Positions 56,501 to 64,000 of a stretch of 64,000 nt of DNA are shown piece after piece (position 1 is the stretch's first letter; every line of letters begins with the position of its first letter). The notes under the pieces were generated by a model. The model worked only from the letters and a program-made list of their open reading frames with translations, was not told the DNA's origin and made no database searches. Source of the DNA: Antedon mediterranea (Eukaryota; Animalia; Echinodermata); NCBI RefSeq assembly GCF_964355755.1, contig NW_027306096.1:72001-136000 (forward strand). The letters are read 5' to 3'. A program made the position numbers and the translations under genes.

Positions 56501-59500
56501 CATTTGGAGACGTTTTAGACAATTTTGTGCATTTCGATGAAACTTGGTTAAACAAAAATATCAAAGTGCTTAAAATCACATTTGAAACCGTTTTAGACCA
56601 TTTTGTGCATTTCTATAAAACTTTTTACACAAAACATCAAAGTGCACAAAATAGCTTCAAATCGCATTTGGAGACGTTTTAGACCATTTTGTGCGTTTCA
56701 TTACACAAAACATCAAAGTGCACAAAATAGCTTCAAATCGCATTTGGAGACGTTTTCGACCATTTTGTGCATATTGATGAGACTTTTCACACAAAAACAT
56801 CAATGTGCATACAAAAGCTTATTATCGTATTTGGAGACGTTTTTGACTATTTTGTGCATTTCGATGAAACTTTTCACACAAAACCATCAAAGTGCACAAA
56901 ATAGCTTCAAATCGCATTTGGAGACGTTTTAGACCATTTTGTGCATTTCGATTAAACTTGATTACACAAAAATATCAAAGTGCTTTTAGACCATTTTCAG
57001 CATTTCGATAAAACTTTCACACAAAACATCAAAGTGCACAAAATAACTTCAAATCGCATTTAGAGACGTTTTAGAAAATGTTGTGCATTTCGTGAAAACT
57101 TTTCAGACAAAAACATCAAAGTACATACAATAGGTTCAAATCGCGTTTGGAGACGTTTTAGACCATTTTGTGCATTTCGATGAAACTTTTCACACAAAAC
57201 ATAAAAGTGCACAAAATAGCTTCAAATCGCATTTGGAGACGTTTTAGACCATGTTGTGCATTTCGAAAAAACTTGATTACACAAAAATATCAAAGTGCTT
57301 AAAATCACATTTGAAACCGTTTTAGACCATTTTGAGCATTTCGATAAAACTTTTCACACAAAACATTAAAGTGCTTAAAATCACATTTGAAAACGCTTTA
57401 GACCATTTCGAGCATTTCCATAAAACTTTTTACACAAAACATCAAACTACACAAAAGAACTCCAAATCGCATTTGGAGACGTTTTAGACCATTTTGTGCA
57501 TTTCGATGAAACTTTTCACTCAAAAACATCAAAGTGGATACAATAGCTTAATATCGTATTTGGAGACGTTTTAGACAATTTTGTGCATTTCGATGAAACT
57601 TTTCACACAAAAACATCAAAGTGCACAAAATAGCTTCAAATCGCATTTTGAGAGGTTTTAGACAATTTAGTACATTTCGATGAAACTGGATTACACAAAA
57701 CATCAAAGTGCACAAAATAGCTTCAAATCGCATTTGCAGACGTTTTAAACCATTTTGTGCATTTCGATGAAACTTGATTACACAAAAACATCAAAGTGCT
57801 TAAAATCACATTTGAAACCGTTTTAGACCATTTTGAGCATTTCGATAAAACTTTTCACACAAAACATTAAAGTGCACAAAATAACTTTAAATCGCATTTG
57901 GAGACGTTTTAGATCATTTTGTACATTTCGATTAAACTTGATTACACAAAAATATCAAAGTGCTTAAAATCACATTTGAAACCGTTTTAGACCATTTTCA
58001 GCATTTCGATAAAACTTTCACACAAAACATCAAAGTGCACAAAATAACTTCAAATCTCATTTAGAGACGTTTTAGAAAATGTTGCGCATTTCGTGAAAAC
58101 TTTTCAGACAAAAACATCAAAGTACATACAATAGGTTCAAATCGCATTTGGAGACGTTTTAGACCATTTTGTGCATTTCGATGAAACTTTTCACACAAAA
58201 CATAAAAGTGCACAAAATAGCTTCAAATCGCATTTGGAGACGTTTTAGACCATGTTGTGCATTTCGAAAAAACTTGATTACACAAAAATATCAAAGTGCT
58301 TAAAATCACATTTGAAACCGTTTTAGACCATTTTGAGCATTTCGATAAAACTTTTCACACAAAACATTAAAGTGCTTAAAATCACATTTGAAAACGCTTT
58401 AGACCATTTCGAGCATTTCCATAAAACTTTTTACACAAAACATCAAACTACACAAAAGAACTCCAAATCGCATTTGGAGACGTTTTAGACCATTTTGTGC
58501 ATTTCGAAAAAACTTTTCACTCAAAAACATCAAAGTGGATACAATAGCTTAATATCGTATTTGGAGACGTTTTAGACAATTTTGTGCATTTCGATGAAAC
58601 TTTTCACACAAAAACATCAAAGTGCACAAAATAGCTTCAAATCGCATTTTGAGAGGTTTTAGACAATTTAGTACATTTCGATGAAACTGGATTACACAAA
58701 ACATCAAAGTGCACAAAATAGCTTCAAATCGCATTTGCAGACGTTTTAAACCATTTTGTGCATTTCGATGAAACTTGATTACACAAAAACATCAAAGTGC
58801 TTAAAATCACATTTGAAACCGTTTTAGACCATTTTGAGCATTTCGATAAAACTTTTCACACAAAACATTAAAGTGCACAAAATAACTTTAAATCGCATTT
58901 GGAGACGTTTTAGATTTTTTTGTGCATTTCGATGAAACTTGGTTACACAAAAACATCAAAGTGCTTAAAATCCCATTTGAAACCGTTTTAGACCATTTCG
59001 AGAATTTCTATAAAACTTTTGACACAAAACATCAAAGTGCACAAAAGAGCTCCAAATCGCATTTGGAGACGTTTTAGACCATTTTGTGTATTTCGAAAAA
59101 ACTTTTCACACAAAAACAACAAAGTGCATACAATAGCTTAATATCGTATTTGGAGACGTTTTAGACCATTTTGTGCATTTTGGTGAAACTTTTCACACAA
59201 AACAACAAAGTGCACAAAATAGCTTCAAATCGCATTTAGAGACGTTTTAGACCATTTTGTGCGTTTCATTACACAAAAAATCAAAGTGCAAAAAATAGCT
59301 TCAAATCGCATTTGGAGACGTTTTAAACCATTTTGTGCATTTCGATGAAACTTGATTACACAAAAACATCAAAGTGCTTAAAATCACATTTGAGACCGTT
59401 TTAGACCATTTTGAGCATTTCCATAAAACTTTTCACACAAAAACATCAAGATACATACAATAGCTTAATATCGTATTTGGAGACGTTTTAGAACTTTTTG

Positions 59501-60236
59501 TGCATTTCGATGAAACTTTTCAAACAAAACATCAAAGTGCAGAAAATAGCTTCAAATCGTATTTGGAGACGTTTTAGACCATTTTGTGCATTTCGATCAA
59601 ACTTTTCACACAAAAACATCAATGTGCACAAAATAGCTTCAATTCGCATTTAGAGACGTTTTAGACCATTTTGTGCATTTCGATGAAACTTTTCACACAA
59701 AAACATCAAAGTGCACAAAATAGCTTCAAATCGCATTTGGAGACGTTTTAGACCATTTTGAGCATTTCGATGAAACTTTTCACACAAAAACAACAAAGTG
59801 CATACAATAGCTTAATATCGTATTTGGAGACGTTTTAGACCATTTTGTGCATTTCGATGAAACTTTTCACACAAAAACATCAAAGTGCACAAAATAGCTT
59901 CAAATCGCATTTGGAGAAGTTTTAGACAATTTTGAGCATTTCGATGAAACTTTTCACACAAAAACAACAAAGTGCATACAATAGCTTAATATCGTATTTG
60001 GAGACGTTTTAGACCATTTTGTGCGTTTCGATGAAACTCTTCACAAAAAAACAACAAAGCGCACAAAATAGCTTCAAATCGTATTTGGAGACGTTTTAGA
60101 CCATTTTGTGCGTTTCATTACACAAAACATCAAAGTGCACAAAATAGCTTCAAATCGCATTTGGAGACGTTTTATACCATTTTGTGCATTTCGATGAGAC
60201 TTTTCACACAAAAACATCAATGTGCAAAAGCTTATT
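47524..60236 (-). repeat. Satellite DNA, right arm (inverted), segment 2
   Basis: Same monomer family in reverse complement. Local duplications are indicated by recurring ORF-track peptides at offsets 1592, 1264, 1818 and 1001 bp. Confidence 0.98.
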
Positions 60237-60449
60237 TTTGCTACTCGGAGACGGCGGCGATTAACAAACTCATAGAATACTAAATAAAGATGCATACAAC
60301 ATAAGTTCAGGCTTAAATAGTTTATTAGTAAATGAACATTCGCCCATGTAAAACTGCACATAAAAGTCATAAGCAAATATAAGTTATATATAGCAATAAT
60401 TTACCAATTCTAAGTAAGCACAACAGGGATGCTCAGAGAAAAATAGCCC
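60234..60449 (-). repeat. Split direct repeat B2 (216 bp, element 3' terminus)
   Basis: ATTTTTGCTACTCGGAGACGG...AAAATAGCCC. Matches 60600-60815, with 3 substitutions seen by eye. Confidence 0.95.
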
Positions 60450-60483
60450 TTATTAACTGTCTAAATATTGGGCGGGAGGGAGG

Positions 60484-60602
60484 GAAAATTTTCTTTAACT
60501 TAATGTGATCGTGTTAACAGAGAGCGTGCTTGATTAAAGAGGTCGAAAACCCGCCCTCTCCGTTCTCAAAATAGAATTGTGTTCCTAACCCAATTCTTAA
60601 TT
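60484..60602 (-). repeat. Split direct repeat A2 (119 bp)
   Basis: GAAAATTTTCTTTAAC...CCCAATTCTTAATT. Identical by eye to 63028-63146. Confidence 0.95.
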
Positions 60603-60815
60603 TTTGCTACTCGGAGACGGCGGCGATTAACAAACTCATAGAATACTAAATAAAAATGCATACAACATAAGTTCTGGCTTAAATAGTTTATTAGTAAATG
60701 AACATTCGCCCATGTAAAACTGCACATAAAAGTCATAAGCAAATATAAGTTATATATAGCAATAACTTACCAATTCTAAGTAAGCACAACAGGGATGCTC
60801 AGAGAAAAATAGCCC
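60600..60815 (-). repeat. Split direct repeat B1 (216 bp)
   Basis: Second copy of 60234-60449. Shares the ATT at 60600-60602 with A2. Confidence 0.95.
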
Positions 60816-61196
60816 GCGGCAGGTGCCAAGGCACCGCCAAGAGCAGCCCACCAAAGTGCAGGAAACAAGGAAGAATGTTCACTTACCCAGTTGAAACTGA
60901 GATAAAAAATTAAAAATGGTTCTACCAGGACTTCCTGGAAAAATCTCCAAAGAGACTGATAGGTACAAAAATCACCATTAATACAACGATGCTCCCATGA
61001 AAGTATACGCAGATACTTCATGACAGTATGTTGAGCATCAGCACCTTCCACCCCAGGCTAATCCGAGGGCTCCACTACCGTGCACTGCTATGGGAGCAAA
61101 TTTGTACTAACACATCGCCAATAAACAATACTGAAGAAAAAAAACGTAAATAGTCGCATGGATGTAAGTGATTTATAATGTAAATGTACATTTTTG

Positions 61197-61619
61197 TTAG
61201 TCATTACTAAGAGTTATGCTGTGGGGTCGGATATATCGCTTATATGCGTCGCTTTTCCATCTTCCGGTAGCTTTAATTTCTTGTTCGTCTGCGCCCAGGT
61301 CCCTAAGTTGCGTGGCCCTTCCGATTCTGAACGAGTGTGTGTTGTACCGGGTGTGGTCTAAGTTGGCGTGTGACGCGGCTTCTTTTAACGTGTGGCTTAA
61401 ATGCTTCCTAAGTAGTGGATCTCCGGTTTGAAATATGAAAAATTTCTCCCGCGTCGTAGGCCTGATCGAATTGTAATCCTGTAACGCTTTTACCGGGCAT
61501 AACATGCTGTTTCCTTTTTTGTTAATGCTGAAATGTTGGGAATCGCCCTTGTGGTGTTTGAAGGAATTAAATTGGAAGGTGACCTTAGCGTGTGATACAT
61601 ATATAAACACATTAGGCAA
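61197..61619 (-). CDS. Tyrosine recombinase, C-terminal catalytic portion (DIRS/Ngaro-like), apparently N-terminally truncated
   Basis: LCPVKAL, YNTHSFRIGRAT (H-x-x-R box), GRWKSDAYKRYIRP (W and catalytic Y). An in-frame TAA lies three codons upstream of the TTG start. The first catalytic Arg box is not visible. Confidence 0.88.
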   Translation of the reverse strand: MPNVFIYVSHAKVTFQFNSFKHHKGDSQHFSINKKGNSMLCPVKALQDYNSIRPTTREKFFIFQTGDPLLRKHLSHTLKEAASHANLDHTRYNTHSFRIGRATQLRDLGADEQEIKATGRWKSDAYKRYIRPHSITLSND

Positions 61620-61687
61620 AGAACATTAATTCTAAACCGCCCGGTGATATACTGAAATTTAATTAATTAATTTGAAACGGTAGAGAT

Positions 61688-61756
61688 CATACACATACAT
61701 ATATATATACATACACATATATACATATACACATACACATACATACACATACACAT
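61688..61756. repeat. Imperfect (TACA/CA/TA)n microsatellite inside the YR element
   Basis: CATACACATACATATATATATACATACACAT... seen directly. Confidence 0.9.
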
Positions 61757-62052
61757 GTAAAATAACATACATTATTAAATTAATATATATAAATGAAATA
61801 AATAAGCAACAGTGTCCCTTAGTGAATATATCACACAGTAGGGAAAACTGGATACTCGAAGTTTTAATATCTGATTACTAAGGCGAAAATGCTAGTCTGT
61901 TATCGCCCGACATACCATACCAATGTGTAATGTGGTTTGCGGTTACTATAGTGCCTGGCGGTTAAAGCACGCCCGATTTCAGTATAAATCGTACTCTTGG
62001 GCCTGAACCTAATACAGTACTGTTAAAAGAGCTGTTATCACAACTTCCTACG

Positions 62053-62640
62053 AGAGGATTTATGTATGGGCCTTGTCGTCGACTAAAGCGAAAGTAACTG
62101 TGCGAGTCGTTATCGCACGACATATACAATTCATGTGCGAGTCATTCATCGCACGACGTATAAGAGGATTTGTGTATGGGCCTTGTCTTCGACTAAGGCG
62201 AAAGTAAATGTGCGAGTCATTATCGCACGACATGTAAAATGAATGTGCGAGTCGTTAATCGCACGATATACAAAGAGGATTTATGTATGGGCCTTGTCTT
62301 CGACTAAGGCGAAAGTGAATGTGCGAGTCATTATCGCACGACATATAAAATTCATGTGCGAGTCGTTAATCGCACGACATACAAGAGGATTTATGTATGG
62401 GCCTTGTCTTCGACTAAGGCGAAGGTAAATGTGCGAGTCGTTATCGAACGACATATAAAATTCATGTGCGAGTCGTTATCGCACGACATATACAATTCAT
62501 GTGCGGGTCATTCATCGCACGACATATAAGAGGATTTATGTATGGTCTTGTCTTCGACTAAGGCAAAGGTAACTGTGCGAGTCGTTATCGCACGACATAT
62601 ACAATTCATGTGCGAGTCATTCATCGCACGACATATAAGA
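62053..62640. repeat. Five tandem ~110-bp hairpin-rich units inside the YR element
   Basis: AGAGGATT unit starts at 62053, 62163, 62274, 62384 and 62529 (periods 110, 111, 110, 145). Each unit has a GCCTTGTC-TTC-GACTAAGGC-like stem and 2-3 GTGCGA-N7/8-TCGCAC subunits. Confidence 0.92.
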
Positions 62641-62663
62641 GAGTAATTGTGTAAAGTATACAG

Positions 62664-62665
<2 letters not shown>

Positions 62666-62726
<61 letters not shown>

Positions 62727-62730
62727 TATA
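62666..62730. repeat. (TA)n microsatellite
   Basis: Nearly pure TA run of about 30 units. Confidence 0.97.
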
Positions 62731-63027
62731 CAATGATATTATGTATAAAGTCGAAAAAACGTGTGGTAAATCACAATGGCGAGCGAACATTAGTACAGTT
62801 GGCCCTCGTGTAAAATGGAATCCTACCAGTAGCCTGGACACACCCTAAAATTCACTCATGTTACCACATACAGTACATAGGTAAGACCTTCCATAATGGA
62901 AGGGCTGTATTTGTAGTCGTGGAAATTATGAGTAACTGAGTTGTGTCGCATAAGGTGCCGAATTGTTAGAAAACTTACTTGTAAAAAAGTTGTCGTATTA
63001 GGATGGAAATCGGTGATGGAAAAATAA

Positions 63028-63146
63028 GAAAATTTTCTTTAACTTAATGTGATCGTGTTAACAGAGAGCGTGCTTGATTAAAGAGGTCGAAAACCCGCCC
63101 TCTCCGTTCTCAAAATAGAATTGTGTTCCTAACCCAATTCTTAATT
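63028..63146 (-). repeat. Split direct repeat A1 (119 bp, element 5' terminus)
   Basis: Identical by eye to 60484-60602. Followed immediately by satellite ATCGTATTTGGAGACG. Confidence 0.95.
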
Positions 63147-64000
63147 ATCGTATTTGGAGACGATTTTGACCATTTTGTGTTTTTCGATGAAACTTTTCAC
63201 ACAAAACCATCAAAGTGCACAAAATAGCTTCAGATCCCATTTGGAGACGTTTTAGACCATTTTGTGCATTTCGATGAAACTTTTCACACAAAAACATCAA
63301 AGTGAACAAAATAGCTACAAATCGTATTTGGAGACGTTTTAGACCATTTTGTGCATTTCGATGAAACTTGGTTAAACAAAAATATCAAAGTGCTTAAAAT
63401 CACATTTGAAACCGTTTTAGACCATTTTGTGCATTTCTATAAAACTTTTTACACAAAACATCAAAGTGCACAAAAGAGCTTCAAATCGTATTTGGAGACG
63501 TTTTAGACCATTTTGTGCATTTCGAAAAAACTTGTTAACATAAAAACATCAAAGTGCTTAGATTAGCTTCAAAACGGATTTGGAGACGTTTTAGACCATT
63601 TTGTGCATTTTGGTTAAACTTTTCACACAAAACATCAAAGTGCACAATATAGCTTCAAATCGCATTTGGAGACGTTTTAGACCATTTTGTGCGTTTCATT
63701 ACACAAAACATCAAAGTGCACAAAATAGCTTCAAATCGCATTTGGAGACGTTTTAGACCATTTTGTGCATTTTGGTGAAACTTTTCACACAAAAACATCA
63801 ATGTGCATACAAAAGCTTATTATCGTATTTTGAAACGTTTTAGACCAATTTGTGCATTTCGAAAAAAATTTACACACAAAAACATCAAAGTGTATACAAT
63901 AGCTTAATATCGTATTTGGAGACGTTTTAGACAATTTTGTGCATTTCGATGAAACTTTTCACACAAAAACATCAAAGTGCACAAAATAGCTTCAAATCGC
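63144..64000 (-). repeat. Satellite DNA, right arm (inverted), segment 3; continues past the window end
   Basis: Reverse-complement monomers resume in register after the element. About 63350-63780 closely repeats about 50820-51260. Confidence 0.97.

Larger units (their letters stand above)
60234..63146 (-). mobile_element. Non-autonomous tyrosine-recombinase retroelement with split direct repeats (Ngaro/PAT-type, DIRS order)
   Basis: On the minus strand: A1 (63028-63146), internal region, YR ORF (61197-61619), B1 (60600-60815), A2 (60484-60602), 34-bp spacer, B2 (60234-60449). Removing the element and one ATT restores the satellite variant AAAGCTT-ATT-ATCGTATTTGG. Confidence 0.92.

Noticed and set aside
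391-60376. Dozens of short ORFs with 29-aa repeats (MRFEAILCTLMFLCEKFHRNAQNGLKRLQ) as a repeat-protein family
   Set aside because: They arise because 87 is divisible by 3. Frames are broken constantly by stops and 1-bp indels, and ORFs occur on both strands with no coding constraint.
60234-60815. LTR pair or simple tandem duplication
   Set aside because: No TG...CA ends or 4-6-bp TSD. The sequence between the two B copies is repeated at the far end of the insert, which gives split direct repeats instead.
60776-61051. 91-aa ORF downstream of YR, also ORFs at 44004-44216, 46808-47068, 46880-47173, 61216-61431, 62243-62428 and 62617-62841
   Set aside because: No recognisable motifs. They are antisense or alternate-frame shadows of real ORFs, or translations of repeats.
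61197-61619. Phage/bacterial integrase or prophage contamination
   Set aside because: The HSFRIG/GRWKS motifs together with the split direct repeats fit DIRS-order elements. No phage genes are present, and both junctions are in-register satellite.
62053-62640. Hammerhead ribozyme/retrozyme in the 110-bp repeats (CGAAAG present)
   Set aside because: No CUGANGA core was found in the right position on either strand by eye. It is kept only as an unexplained structured repeat.

Overview
Eukaryotic (probably animal) heterochromatin-like window with no recognisable host gene. About 91% is one AT-rich satellite family with an 87-bp consensus monomer (plus 86/78/76-bp variants). It forms two oppositely oriented arms (1-43709 and 45325-64000) separated by a 1.6-kb island containing a 20-bp quasi-palindromic minisatellite and a GCTGATCTA(TC)n repeat. 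The left arm has multi-kb near-identical duplications (offsets 5250/5336, 4121, 4862, 8748 and 12869 bp). The right arm carries two retroelements. One is a 5'-truncated L2-type LINE (46439-47523) with an 11-bp target-site duplication and a (TTA)n tail. The other is a 2.9-kb non-autonomous tyrosine-recombinase element (60234-63146, minus strand) with the full Ngaro/PAT split-direct-repeat layout A1...YR...B1-A2-B2, integrated via a 3-nt ATT core. Where gag/RT would normally lie it carries an array of hairpin-rich ~110-bp repeats. Both unrelated elements sit in the same ~11-bp window of a minority monomer variant. Nearly all ORFs in the track are artefacts of translating the satellite. All coordinates and comparisons were read by eye.
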